Shown: positions 40,194 to 51,380, counted from the first letter of the stretch. The stretch is 64,000 nucleotides of DNA from an uncultured Pseudobdellovibrionaceae bacterium (GCA_963803705.1 CAWDNU010000001.1:608001-672000), one strand, 5' to 3'. The notes: generated from the sequence alone by a model not told the origin. Numbers and translations are program-made.

Positions 40194-41240
40194 ATGACAA
40201 AAATAAATATTCTTAAAATCTTGATGTTTGGTCTTTTGGCTAGTTGTGCAGATTCAGGTAAAGAGTTTTCATCAGTACAAAGTGACATAGTACAAAGTTC
40301 TGCAAGCTTCAATCAGTCTGCTATTAAAAAGAAAGTAGATATTCTGTTTGTGGTGGACAACTCAACAAGCATGGTTCGAGATCAACAAGTGATCGGAGCT
40401 CAATTTAGAAATTTCATATCTAATATTTCAGAGGCAGATTTTCGAATTGGTTTTATAAACACTGATGTAAGTACGCCAGGATATGAAAATGTTCAGGGAT
40501 TTTTTGGAAATCTTAGACGTGTTGGTTCCAGTGGTCGAGTTTACATTGATTCGAATTCACCTAATCCTTCACAACTTTTTAATGATGCAATCACTCTGCA
40601 GGCAAAAGCTCCTTGTCCAGGGTTCACTGGTGAGTGCCATGAAGAGCCTATGCGTGCTGTAACTATGGCCTTACAAAAGCGATACACTGCTAATGCTGGC
40701 TTCTTTAGAGATGATGCTACCTTTGTCTCTATCATTATTACCGATGAAGATGAATACAGTTCTGGCGGAGCAAAAGCTTTAAAACCAGCGCAGCTTGTTC
40801 AGTTTCTTAATAGTGCGAATAGCAAGGGTGTGATCGATGGCGTCTCAATGTTTGTGATCGCAATCCCACCAACAGACAACGACTGTTATCAGGCTCAAAG
40901 AAGAGCAAGCGTCAGTGGTAATGGTGCTTACCCAGCTGGTCTACTTTGGACACTACAAAATTACATAGAGGGATTCAATGTCAGCATTTGTGATCCAAAT
41001 ATGGGTAGGGAAATGGCGCGGATCAGCGAATACGTAAAAACAAGATTACTTTTTAAAAGCGTCCAATTGAATCCACCACCAGTTAGCAAGAGAAACATGA
41101 AAGTGGTTGTCCGTGATAAGTTTGGTATTGAACTGAATATAAAATGGAAATTGGTTTCAGGAAGTGTGATCACTTTTGAACCGACACCACCTGCAGATAG
41201 TTCGATAACAGTTACATATGAAAAAAAGAGAAATGATTAG
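40194..41240 (+). CDS. VWA/MIDAS-domain lipoprotein
   Basis: Lipobox LASC; VDILFVVDNSTSM (DxSxS), FFRDDA, IITDEDE. Confidence 0.8.
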   Translation: MTKINILKILMFGLLASCADSGKEFSSVQSDIVQSSASFNQSAIKKKVDILFVVDNSTSMVRDQQVIGAQFRNFISNISEADFRIGFINTDVSTPGYENVQGFFGNLRRVGSSGRVYIDSNSPNPSQLFNDAITLQAKAPCPGFTGECHEEPMRAVTMALQKRYTANAGFFRDDATFVSIIITDEDEYSSGGAKALKPAQLVQFLNSANSKGVIDGVSMFVIAIPPTDNDCYQAQRRASVSGNGAYPAGLLWTLQNYIEGFNVSICDPNMGREMARISEYVKTRLLFKSVQLNPPPVSKRNMKVVVRDKFGIELNIKWKLVSGSVITFEPTPPADSSITVTYEKKRND

Positions 41241-41250
41241 AAGTTATTTA

Positions 41251-41323
41251 AAAAATTTTACAACTCTTAATGTTCTTTAAATTTTCTAGATATTTAAAGA
41301 ACATTAAGAATTGTAAATTTTTT
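41251..41323. terminator. Long AT-rich inverted repeat between convergent genes (bidirectional terminator-like)
   Basis: About 32-bp arms (41251-41282 / 41292-41323) with 2 mismatches and a 9-nt loop. Confidence 0.6.
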
Positions 41324-41338
41324 TTAATACGCCCTAAT

Positions 41339-42748
41339 TTAAAGATTTTTAACATCAATATTATACTTTTTAATTTTTCTAAGTAGCGTGTTTTTTGGAA
41401 TATTTGCACTTGCAACAGTCTTATTGATTCGACCATTGTTTGCTTTAAGAGCCGCTAGAATAAATTCCTTTTCCATTTCTTCTTTGAAGACATCAAACTG
41501 AAGAGGACCATTATAAATCGCAGAGTTATCTATGTTGATCTCGGTTTTTTGATTTTTTAGTATAATTTCTGGAACATCTTGAGCAGTTATCCAGTCCCTG
41601 TTTGTTAGTATGAAAATGCGTTCAATCGTATTTTCAAGCTCCCTAATATTACCGGGCCAGGGATACTTCTTTAAAGTCTCAATAGCTTCTGGAGCGAAAC
41701 CTCTAATATCCTTATTCAATTTTTTATTTAATTTTAGAACAAAGTGATTGATGAAGTTTTCAATGTCTCCGATCCGCTCACGTAATGGAGGCAAAAAAAT
41801 AGGCATTACATTCAACCTGTAAAATAAGTCTTCACGGAAGCGCTTTTCCTCAATCATCTTTTCTAAATTTTGATTTGTGGCAGCTAAAATTCTTGCATTT
41901 GTTTTGATTTCACGGTTACTTCCTACCGGAAGAAATTTTTTTTCTTGTAGAACCCGCAGTAACTTGACTTGCATCTCTGGTTTAAGCTCAGCAATTTCAT
42001 CTAGAAAAATGGTACCATCGTTAGCCCACTGAAACTTACCTATTTTTCTTTCGTTAGCTCCAGTAAAGCTTCCTTTTTCGTGACCAAATAGTTCGCTTTC
42101 CATCAAGCTCTCTGGAATGGCGCCACAGTTTATAGCCACAAATTTACCAGATTTTCTTGAAGAGTATGAATGTATGGCTCTTGCAACCATTTCTTTACCA
42201 GTGCCGTTTTCTCCTCGTATCAACACAGTCGTGTCGACATTAGTAAGCTTGTGAACAAGACTAAAAATTTCTTTCATTTTAGAGGTCGAACCAACAATTT
42301 CAGACTCTACATCGTCATCAAAAATTGGTAAATTAATTTTCAGATTGGAAACCATCTGTCTAGCCTGGTGAGCTTCATTGACAAGTTTGATAAGATCGTT
42401 AGGTTCTACTGGCTTTTCTAAGTAATCGTAAGCGCCAGATTTGATAGCTCTTACGGCATCATTTAAATTGCTATGTGCTGTCATTATTAGAATACAAATC
42501 TCTGGATTCTGGAATTTTACCTTTTCAAGTGCAGTTAACCCATCCATTTCAGGCATTTTAACATCCATCAAAATAAAGTCGTAATCAGTTTTTGAAGACG
42601 CGATTGCATTTAAAGCTTCAGTTCCATTATGAGCTTCTGAAACTTCAAAATTAATGTTGTCAAAAGAGTTTTCAAAGATAGACTTTACTGAATTTCTCAA
42701 TTCATCTTCATCGTCTACGATCAAAACTTTTAAAGTGACTTTATCCAA
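41339..42748 (-). CDS. Sigma-54-dependent response regulator (NtrC family)
   Basis: Receiver; GENGTGKE, ESELFGHEKGSFTGA, FREDLFYRLNV, WPGNIREL; C-terminal HTH. Confidence 0.95.
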   Translation of the reverse strand: MDKVTLKVLIVDDEDELRNSVKSIFENSFDNINFEVSEAHNGTEALNAIASSKTDYDFILMDVKMPEMDGLTALEKVKFQNPEICILIMTAHSNLNDAVRAIKSGAYDYLEKPVEPNDLIKLVNEAHQARQMVSNLKINLPIFDDDVESEIVGSTSKMKEIFSLVHKLTNVDTTVLIRGENGTGKEMVARAIHSYSSRKSGKFVAINCGAIPESLMESELFGHEKGSFTGANERKIGKFQWANDGTIFLDEIAELKPEMQVKLLRVLQEKKFLPVGSNREIKTNARILAATNQNLEKMIEEKRFREDLFYRLNVMPIFLPPLRERIGDIENFINHFVLKLNKKLNKDIRGFAPEAIETLKKYPWPGNIRELENTIERIFILTNRDWITAQDVPEIILKNQKTEINIDNSAIYNGPLQFDVFKEEMEKEFILAALKANNGRINKTVASANIPKNTLLRKIKKYNIDVKNL

Positions 42749-42811
42749 ACTCGTCCTCGTACTAGATATGATATTTAGTCATAACTAATCATTCTCGCAA
42801 TTACAATATGA

Positions 42812-44668
42812 TTATGAAACAGAGTCGGTAGGAAGCTTTACAACAACCTTAGTGCCTGAATCAATTTTGCTTTCAATATTAATGTATCCATTATGGAGCT
42901 CTATAAAGTATTTTACTAAAAACAAGCCCAGACCAGTGCCTTGGGTAGATGTAGAATTTTCACTTCTGTAGAACTTTTCAAAAACTAAGCTTAAATGTTC
43001 TTCTTTAATACCAATGCCTTGGTCAATAACTTCTATATTTACAAAATTGTCTTCTTCAAAAGATTTTATTTCCACGCAAGTGTCAGGCTTTGAGTATTTA
43101 ACAGCATTTTCTACAATGTTAATTATTATTTCTTGGACAAGAGTTTTATCAGCCTCTATCAAAAACATGGGCTCTAGAGTAGTTTTAAAACTAATACGTT
43201 TTTCAGCAGCGAAAGGCTTTAACTGCTGGCAGGCTTTGTCGATTAGCTCGTTAATATCAATTGGCTTTTTAACAATGCTAAAATCCTTGGACTCTATTTT
43301 CAGTAAATTTAAAATAGATTTTATGTATCTGTCTAGCAGCTTACTTTCTTGATAAATTGAATTCAGTTCCTCAGATAGCTTATTGGTTGCATTTAAAGAA
43401 TAATCAGATCTGACCCTGTTGATAACGGATTGTATCTTCGCCAAAGGCGTTTTTAAGTCGTGGCTAATTAAACTGACAAAATTTGTCTTGAGCTCTTCTA
43501 AAGATTTAAAATATTCTTGTTCTTTTTGCATCTGCCAAACATTTTTTTCTTTATCAAAAAGCATTTGGCTAATGACTATAACATAACTTAAAAATATGCT
43601 TGCTAAAGCTGTAATCAGAGGCGTCCATAAATAGTAAATATCGAATAAAAGAATTGAAACTGAAACTGTTATAAAACTCACGCTAAATAAAAGTGTAACT
43701 CCGATGCCTTGTGGGAAACTTAAAATTATAAGTACACAAATTATAATTAGAGGCAATAAAATAAGCGAGTAGACAAGCACTGGCCATTTGGTCACCCACC
43801 TGTCTTCGTTAACGTTATCCAAGATGTTGGCATAAATTTCGGCCCTATTCATAACGCCCAAGGGAGTTTTGATTAGGTGATCTTTGCCATATTCCGGTGC
43901 AACTATAATTGTTTTGTCTTTTAAAATTTCTGGATCAAGTGAGCCTTCAAAAACTTTAATCAACGGGTAGGACTTGAAAGTACCTGCGGGTCCTCGGAAA
44001 TTTATAAGATTATCTTTTTGGATGTTAATTACAGTAGGCCAGTTATTAGACAAGACTTCGGGTAACTGAGATATGTTCGAGGATGAAAAATAGTAATTTC
44101 TTAAAATTCCATCATAATCGGGCCTAAGTAGGTTCACAGCGATATTTTCGTTGAAATTATCGGTGAATTTTGATGGCAGAAGTCGACCCAAATTATCTAC
44201 TTCAGATGTCCAATAAGTATTAGGCATTTGAGATAACAGCCTTAAAGTGTTCCAGGAGGTGCTTAAGTTTTTTGAGAAATAGAAGTCGACTCCTATTTTT
44301 TTTACGCCCATTCTGTGAAGATTAAGAAAAACCTGTGACCAAAATTCTGAATTCCAATAGTAAGAGTCGGTGACTGGGTCTTGTCTATAGACCATGGACT
44401 TCATGTAAGAGGGCTTAAACATTTGGTCCCACTCGGCCCTCGATATGGATAGTATGACAATTTCTTTAGAAATGTCTTGAGTGCTTCTGAATACCAGTCG
44501 GTAGTCATAGTTTTTTAAACCAGCGTCAGCAATCAAGATGAAAATTGAAATAAACCAAATAACAACAATCCTCAAAAAAATAGGACTCTTATATGATTTA
44601 AAACTTTTTTCAGTAAGTATACTAAGGCGTCCGAAGACTCGATTAACTGGATTCATATTGCAATGCAT
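42812..44668 (-). CDS. CHASE2-domain sensor histidine kinase
   Basis: IGVDFYF, PDYDGILR, LINFRGP, 3 TM, SHDLKTPL, NAVKYS, DQGIG, GTGLGL. Confidence 0.9.
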   Translation of the reverse strand: MHCNMNPVNRVFGRLSILTEKSFKSYKSPIFLRIVVIWFISIFILIADAGLKNYDYRLVFRSTQDISKEIVILSISRAEWDQMFKPSYMKSMVYRQDPVTDSYYWNSEFWSQVFLNLHRMGVKKIGVDFYFSKNLSTSWNTLRLLSQMPNTYWTSEVDNLGRLLPSKFTDNFNENIAVNLLRPDYDGILRNYYFSSSNISQLPEVLSNNWPTVINIQKDNLINFRGPAGTFKSYPLIKVFEGSLDPEILKDKTIIVAPEYGKDHLIKTPLGVMNRAEIYANILDNVNEDRWVTKWPVLVYSLILLPLIIICVLIILSFPQGIGVTLLFSVSFITVSVSILLFDIYYLWTPLITALASIFLSYVIVISQMLFDKEKNVWQMQKEQEYFKSLEELKTNFVSLISHDLKTPLAKIQSVINRVRSDYSLNATNKLSEELNSIYQESKLLDRYIKSILNLLKIESKDFSIVKKPIDINELIDKACQQLKPFAAEKRISFKTTLEPMFLIEADKTLVQEIIINIVENAVKYSKPDTCVEIKSFEEDNFVNIEVIDQGIGIKEEHLSLVFEKFYRSENSTSTQGTGLGLFLVKYFIELHNGYINIESKIDSGTKVVVKLPTDSVS

Positions 44669-44717
44669 CTTCTACCAAGGCTTGATATACAAATCAAATC
44701 CAAGCATCTTAAAAAGG

Positions 44718-45659
44718 ATGAAAATTGGTTCAAGCACACTAGACCTTCTAGAGAATCTTCAAGATGAACATGGGGTGGGTCTTACCATAGGCAACTTCGA
44801 CGGAGTTCATAAAGGGCACGCAAGCTTGCTAAAAGGTTTCGTCGAAGATTGCAAAAATTATAACTTGAAGAGCTTAGTTTTAACCTTTGATCCCCATCCA
44901 AGGCATATTTTGAATCCTAGGGATCCCTACGCTATCCGACTTTTTTCGATAGATGATTTAGCTAAACAGATGGACAACAACGGAGTAGATTTACTATGGA
45001 TTCAAAAATTTGATTTAGAATTGGCAGAGCTCACAGCTGAGTCCTTTATTAATAAATTTTTGAAGTCCATCCCCGTAAAGTTTTTGCTAGTCGGACACGA
45101 TTTTAGATTTGGAAAGCAAAGAGCTGGTCGGATAGAAGATTTATTAACCTGGTGTGAAACCCAAAAGATTCCACTTAAAATTTTCTCGCCTTTCGAAGTC
45201 GACAAAGAAAGAGTCTCTTCAACTTTAATAAAGAATGCCTTATTAGATGGAAACTTAGACAAAGTTTCAAATCTCTTAGGCCGACGATATTTTGTAGAGG
45301 GTAAAGTTGCTGAAGGATTTAAGCGTGGCCAAGGAATTGGTTTTCCCACGGCAAACTTAGATAGATCAGTCCCACTGAAAAATGGTGTTTACGCTACGGC
45401 CCTTAAATACGGAAATCGAAAATATAAGGCTATCACCAACGTGGGACTGCGCCCAACGGTTAACAACAATTTAGATTTGTGGAATAAAAATATTGAGACC
45501 CATGTGCCTGGTCACAGTCTTGAGCTATACGGAAAGGTCATAGAAGTTGAATTTTACGAGTTCATAAGAGAAGAGATAAAATTTGAGTCTTTAGAAGATT
45601 TAAAATCACAAATAAAACTGGACCTAGGTGCTTTAGAAAAGATTAATATCATCACATAG
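44718..45659 (+). CDS. ribF: Bifunctional riboflavin kinase/FAD synthetase
   Basis: IGNFDGVHKGH, TFDPHP, VGHDFRFG, VSST, GFPTAN, ETH; start at ATG 44718. Confidence 0.95.
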   Translation: MKIGSSTLDLLENLQDEHGVGLTIGNFDGVHKGHASLLKGFVEDCKNYNLKSLVLTFDPHPRHILNPRDPYAIRLFSIDDLAKQMDNNGVDLLWIQKFDLELAELTAESFINKFLKSIPVKFLLVGHDFRFGKQRAGRIEDLLTWCETQKIPLKIFSPFEVDKERVSSTLIKNALLDGNLDKVSNLLGRRYFVEGKVAEGFKRGQGIGFPTANLDRSVPLKNGVYATALKYGNRKYKAITNVGLRPTVNNNLDLWNKNIETHVPGHSLELYGKVIEVEFYEFIREEIKFESLEDLKSQIKLDLGALEKINIIT

Positions 45660-45741
45660 CCCGCTACAAATCTGCTTGCTATTACAAATAGACTATTGTC
45701 TTAAGCGTTTTTGCAAACAAAAAAACAGCTCACTTTAAGCT

Positions 45742-45768
45742 TAACTTTGCTCTGCAAGTTGACGATAT
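45742..45768 (+). promoter_or_regulatory. Possible sigma-28-type promoter upstream of pilB
   Basis: TAAC-N15-GACGATAT. Confidence 0.35.
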
Positions 45769-45796
45769 AAACTTAATAAAAGCTTAAGAGGTTCGT

Positions 45797-47507
45797 TTGA
45801 AAAACGGTATTGAGAGGGTTATTTTAGAGAATAAGATTATGACGGCTGAAGAGGTCGGGATAATTCGTACAGACGCCGAACACTCTAAGCGAAGCTTTAT
45901 GTCTGCAATTATAAATTCGGGCAAAGTTACAGAAGATCAACTAGTTGATATGATGGCTAAGCGTTTTAAAATACAAAAGATTGATCTGGATAAATTTAAA
46001 ATTGACCCCGCAATCATCGCTCTTTTGCCGCCTCAGGTTTGTCGAAAATATAAAGTGATGCCAGTTGCAAGAACAAAATCTAGAAAACTTGTAGTGGCCT
46101 TTAGTGATCCTGGCAACCATTTCGCTTTGGATGACATAAGAATGATTGCCCAGATGCAAATAGAAATTGTTGTTGCTTCCGAAATGGCGATTGAATCTGC
46201 TATTAAAAGATATTACATTCCAAAATCTTCTGATATTTCACAGATGATTAAAGACATGGCCACTGATTCCTCTGAAGGTGTAAAAGTTATAAAAGACGCA
46301 GTGGCAATTGACGATATCAAAGCTTCTGCCAGTGATGGTCCTGTTATAAACTTTATCAATAGAATGTTAGCTGAAGCTATACAATCGGGAGTCTCCGACA
46401 TCCACATTGAGCCTTACGAGAAGAGATTGAGAGTTAGGTTTAGGCTTGACGGTACTTTGACTGAGAAGGTTCAGCCTCCTCAGAATGCAGCCTCTGCTCT
46501 GATCAGTAGAATTAAAATCATGAGCAAATTAGATATTGCTGAAAGACGGCGCCCTCAAGATGGTCGTTTAAAAGTTAAGCTTGCGGAAGGAAAGGAAGTT
46601 GATTTTCGAGTCAGCATTATCCCTACTCTGTTTGGAGAAAAAGCTGTACTTCGTATTCTAGATAAATCAAATTTGAACGTAGATATAAAGACAATTGGAT
46701 TTAACCCCAAAGATCTTCCAGTGGTTCAAGAGATTATATCGCGACCTCAGGGGCTAGTTTTAGTTACAGGTCCTACCGGAAGCGGGAAAACCACAACTCT
46801 GTATTCTTTTTTAGATGCTATGAATACGCCAGATAAGAATATTTCCACAGCTGAAGATCCTGTAGAGTTTAACGTTGATGGGATCAATCAGATTCAAGTC
46901 CATCCAGACATTGGTTTTGACTTCTCAGCAGCCCTGAGAAGCTTTTTAAGGCAAGATCCAGACATCATAATGGTGGGTGAGATTCGGGATTTAGAAACTG
47001 CTAAAATTGCATTTAAAGCGGCTTCAACGGGTCACTTGTGCTTTCTACTCTGCATACCAATGATTCTATAGCTACGATTTCAAGAATCATGGACATGGGT
47101 ATTCCTAGTTATGTCGTTGCAGAGACGATTTCTTTAGTTATTGCACAACGGTTAATGAAGAAGAACTGTTCGAACTGTGTAGAAACAGTTGAGATTCCTG
47201 ACGAAAATTTGCTGCAAATCGGCGCAAAGCCAGAAAATTTGCGTAAGTTTCAAAACTTAAAGCGTGGTCGAGGTTGTGGTTCATGCAATCATACTGGTTT
47301 GAGAGGTCGAATTCCAATTTTTGAGATTTTACGCATGACAAGCGAGGTTAGAAATTCAATACTAAAGTCTGACTCGCCTGTGGACATGAAGAAGAAGGCT
47401 ATTGCAGACGGTAATTTTGTATCACTGAGAATGTCAGCTCTAGATCGCTTATGAATGGAATCACCACAGTCGAGCAAGTTTTAAACAGCTCGGTGAATGA
47501 TGAATAG
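45797..47507 (+). CDS. pilB: Type IV pilus assembly ATPase PilB (two apparent 1-bp deletions near 47039 and 47450)
   Basis: SDIHIEP, LDIAERRRPQDGR, GPTGSGKTTTLY, RQDPD; GHL|VLSTLH split across frames; Zn-binding Cys pairs; tail GITTVEQV in a third frame. Confidence 0.88.
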
Positions 47508-48527
47508 AAGTTAAAGTATTTATAGATAAATTTTTAGAGTCTGAAGATATTAGAAGCGTTCTGTCTTACGCCTCATTCTGCCATTGCTTTTAAGTCTACA
47601 AATGAGATAGAGCTGATTGGCGAACCAGTAAGCCCCAAGGGGTCTATAAATTTTTTCCAATTCTTTCTGGGGGAAGAGGTCTACGTGAAATTAAAGCTGA
47701 AACATATATTATCCAAGAATTGCATTGAGGTCAGGTAATTTCTGTAGATGGGTTTTTATCGCAGCGGGGGATTACGTTTGCGTTGACAAAAAAAGAGACC
47801 CTCAAAACAAATATGGAAGATTATCCACAAATTATTTCTAATTTTATGACGTAATCAAGTTCGGACTAGTGATTGGAGTCCATCAGAAAACGGCCCAAAT
47901 CACTCGAGTTGAACGAGATCTTGTTGGCAAGAAATTAAAGGCAAAACCAATTTCATGTTTGTACTTTAGAGACCCTAACGAGCTTACCATTTTTTAATCA
48001 AGAAGTCTTTTGTAGTAAATGTAGAAAAGTCTGAAGACAAAAATATCTAATTTGCTATTATCGAAGATGTAATCTGGTTAGATATGGTGCAATTGAAACT
48101 GTAGATGATATCGAAACAGTTAAATTCTTATCTGTAGGTCAGGTAGCTTTGTATAGCACATGTTCACGGCGTAAGGTTTCTGATGCTTTGTTGGATTGCA
48201 GTCCTTGCTTGTAGATTGGGAATCAAAATATTTCTGAGTCAGTCTTAGTAGGTTTTTATTCATTTTTAAACTGGACTAACGATAGAACATAAGTTATGCA
48301 TTTGAGGCTTATCCGTTTGGTCCAGAAGCCAAATCGACTTTCATACTTTGAATCTTCTGAAGAATTCTTTAAGTTTTTTGAAAAAGATTTTAAAAATAAT
48401 GGTCTAAGTTTTTCCCAAAGTTTACATACTAAAGTGTTGAAAAGGTCCATAGACTATAAGAAAAGCATTTGAACTTGCCCCTGATCCAAGCGATCTTGAT
48501 TATATACTGAAGAAATCAGGTATATAG
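47500..48527 (+). pseudogene. pilT: Divergent PilT-like ATPase broken by many frameshifts (possibly artefactual)
   Basis: Position between pilB and pilC; about 1 kb; fragments YPQIISNF, GLVIG, DP.E, GAIETVDDIE, FSQSLH..V and C-terminus RKAFELAPDPSDLDYILKKSGI*. Confidence 0.6.
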
Positions 48528-48542
48528 TTTTTATCGGGGAAG

Positions 48543-49749
48543 GTGGATTTGGGAAAATTTAATTATCTGGCTAAAGATGCGAGCGGCCGATTAGTTAAAG
48601 GCGTTCTAGATGTCCAGAGTTCATCCGAAGCAAGAACAGTATTAAAAAGTCAGAATTTGGCTCTGGTTTCAATTAAAGCCCAAAATAATATTCTATCTGG
48701 ATTGGGTAGGGCTTCTTGTACCCCTAAAGAATTGCAAGTTTTTAGTAGACAGTTTGCCGTTCTGATTGAATCAGGAGTGCCGATATTAGAGAGTCTAATG
48801 AGTATAGCCGAGGGGCAAAGCAATAAAAAATTTAAGCTGGCTCTAGAAGACATTGTTCGACAAATATCTACAGGTAAAAAACTTTCCGAAGCACTAGCAC
48901 TTTATCCAGGAATTTTCGATAAACTTTATATTAATTTGGTCAGAGCAGGTGAAGAAGCTGGTGTGCTTGACGAAGTACTGGATCGATTGGCGGTCTATAT
49001 AGAAAAGAGTAATGCTCTTAAATCAAAAATCACAGGAGCGCTTTGGTATCCAGTAATTACAATGGTTATTGCCATTTCTGCTATCACAATTGTATTGGTC
49101 TTTGTGATTCCTAAATTTCAGCAGCTGTTTAATGAACAGGGTCAGTCCTTACCAGCTCTTACGCAAAAAGTTGTTAATTTAAGTGAAAGCATCCAGGCCA
49201 ATTGGTACCTATACTTTGGGAGTTACAATGGCCATACCAATGCTTTTGATTCTTTCCTACAAAACTGAAAATGGTCGACAAATAATTGATAGAATTCTAA
49301 TTAAAATCCCTATCTTTGGAAGCTTGATTATAAAAAGTTGTGTTGCAAGAATGGCCAGAACTTTGTCTACGTTGCTTAAGGCAGGGGTCCAATTGGTTGA
49401 AGCGATTGATATCACTGCTGGTGTAGCTGGCAATGCAGTTTTGGAAAATGATTTAGCGACTGCAAAAAAGTCGATTATTCAAGGTCGATCATTTGTTGAG
49501 CCGTTGAAAAAATCAGTGATGATTCCGCTGATGGTGTCACAAATGATCGCCATAGGTGAGAAAACCGGTAATATCGATACAATGCTTTTGAAAGTTGCAG
49601 ACTTTTACGAAGCTGAGGTCGAGACTGCAGCTGACGCACTGACCAGCTTAATAGAGCCACTGCTAATTGTTTTTCTAGGTGGAGCAGTAGGGGTTTTGGT
49701 CATCGCTATGTTTCTTCCAATATTTAATCTTGCCTCTACGGCTTTTTAA
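48543..49749 (+). CDS. pilC: Type IV pilus platform protein PilC (one frameshift near 49219)
   Basis: F.RQFAVLIESGVP, AGEEAGVLD, YP; second half IGEKTGNID, IEP, AMFLPIF in the +1 frame. Confidence 0.88.
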
Positions 49750-49750
49750 A

Positions 49751-51352
49751 GTGTTAAACATTGAAAATTTAGTTTCTAGTACAAAACTAGATGATTCAGA
49801 TTCAAATAATCTGAACCTCTGGGTAGTTGAGTCTATTAGGGTTGGATTTTATCTGTTTGCAGTTATCACTTCAATTGTTGCACAGGTTTTAAATCCATAT
49901 TTCTTGAACTTCAACATTTGGCTACCAGTTTTTCTTTGCGTGATTTTTGGTCTGGTATTGCATTTTGGGATAATTTTATTGTACCAAAAAGTCAAAATCT
50001 ATAAATATTTTGAGCTATCTATTTTTATTGTGGACGCCTTATTCATAGCTGCTTTTAACTACTATACTTATTTTTCATATCCTTTCTTTACGGTCTTGTT
50101 TCTATTAAATATCGCTTTATCTTCATTTGTACTAGGTGGCTCATACAGCGTATTAGTTGCAGGCGCTTCAACCTTATTTTACACAGTGATTTATTTGGCC
50201 AGGTTTTCAGGCGCAGGCATAGATCAGATTACTTATTTATTAAATATTTTAACATTTTATATTTCTGCGATTCTATCTGGTTATTTAGGAGACTTGTTAA
50301 TTTCTAGAAGTCGGCAACTGAATATTACTAAAACGGATTTGTTAGATTTAAAAACCTTAAGCCAGGTTATCATCAAAAACATAGGAGTAGGTTTGGTATC
50401 TTATGAAAAAAACAAGTCTGTTTCTTTTTCGAATACAGCTGCTCAAAATATCTTAGGATCCCAGCTAGATAATAAAGCTAATGTGATAAAGAAAAGTATA
50501 TTGTTTGATCCAGTTGAAAATAAACAACAGACCAAAAGACAAGAATTAGACCTGGATATTCATGGTATAAGAAAAAACTTGGAATTGATCACCACCTATA
50601 TACCAGACGTTAATCTGCAAACTAAATGGATTTTACTTGTTCAAGATTTAACTGAAATTAAAAGTCTTCAAAAAGAATTGATGTTAAAAGAGAAACTTGC
50701 AGCCATAGGACAGCTTGCTGGGGGAATAGCTCACGAAATTAGAAATCCACTTGCGAGCATTAGTGGAAGCGTTGAGATGCTAAAAGAATCTACTAGGGAC
50801 CTTAATCCAGAAAATACTAAGTTGTTTTCAATAATAATTAAAGAAATTGATCGTTTGAATTTATTAATTACAGATTTTTTAAGTTTTGTCAGACCTGAAG
50901 TTAAACGGTCAGATTTAATTTCGTTAAAAAGTCTTATCGAAGATATTTTAGCACTAGTAAAATTTGATAAGAAACTGTCTGAAAATGTAACCTTTGAAAC
51001 GGATATGTCAGATATTGCTGTTAAGTGCGACCAAGGAAAATTAAAACAAGCTTTTATTAATATTGTGACTAATGCTTTGCAGGCCATGGGCAATAAGGAT
51101 GGAAGTGTTTTTATATGTCGCGTGAAGCACGAGGGCTATTTTGCTAGCGTTGAGTTTACTGACAATGGTCCAGGGATGAACGAAAGCACAGTGGAAAAAA
51201 TTTTAGAGCCTTTTTATACAACTAAAGAAAAGGGCACAGGCCTTGGTCTAGCAATTACTCATAGGATCATAGAGGGTCATGAAGGTGCGTTAAAAATTTT
51301 CTCTAATGAAAAAAAAGGGACAACTTTTTTCATAAGGCTGCCGATAAAATAA
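49751..51352 (+). CDS. pilS: Sensor histidine kinase PilS
   Basis: About 6 TM, PAS-like linker, AHEIRNPL, DNGPG, GTGLGL; synteny with pilC and pilR. Confidence 0.85.
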   Translation: MLNIENLVSSTKLDDSDSNNLNLWVVESIRVGFYLFAVITSIVAQVLNPYFLNFNIWLPVFLCVIFGLVLHFGIILLYQKVKIYKYFELSIFIVDALFIAAFNYYTYFSYPFFTVLFLLNIALSSFVLGGSYSVLVAGASTLFYTVIYLARFSGAGIDQITYLLNILTFYISAILSGYLGDLLISRSRQLNITKTDLLDLKTLSQVIIKNIGVGLVSYEKNKSVSFSNTAAQNILGSQLDNKANVIKKSILFDPVENKQQTKRQELDLDIHGIRKNLELITTYIPDVNLQTKWILLVQDLTEIKSLQKELMLKEKLAAIGQLAGGIAHEIRNPLASISGSVEMLKESTRDLNPENTKLFSIIIKEIDRLNLLITDFLSFVRPEVKRSDLISLKSLIEDILALVKFDKKLSENVTFETDMSDIAVKCDQGKLKQAFINIVTNALQAMGNKDGSVFICRVKHEGYFASVEFTDNGPGMNESTVEKILEPFYTTKEKGTGLGLAITHRIIEGHEGALKIFSNEKKGTTFFIRLPIK

Positions 51353-51380
51353 ATGAAAGGTTTCATAATGGGGAGTTCAG

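Noticed and set aside
44538..44717. 60-aa N-terminal extension of RibF
   Set aside because: It overlaps the divergent CHASE2 kinase gene; homology begins near ATG 44718.
47030..49225. Programmed frameshifting or phase variation in pilB/pilC
   Set aside because: No slippery heptamer, long homopolymer or short tandem repeat at the shift sites; there are too many independent indels.
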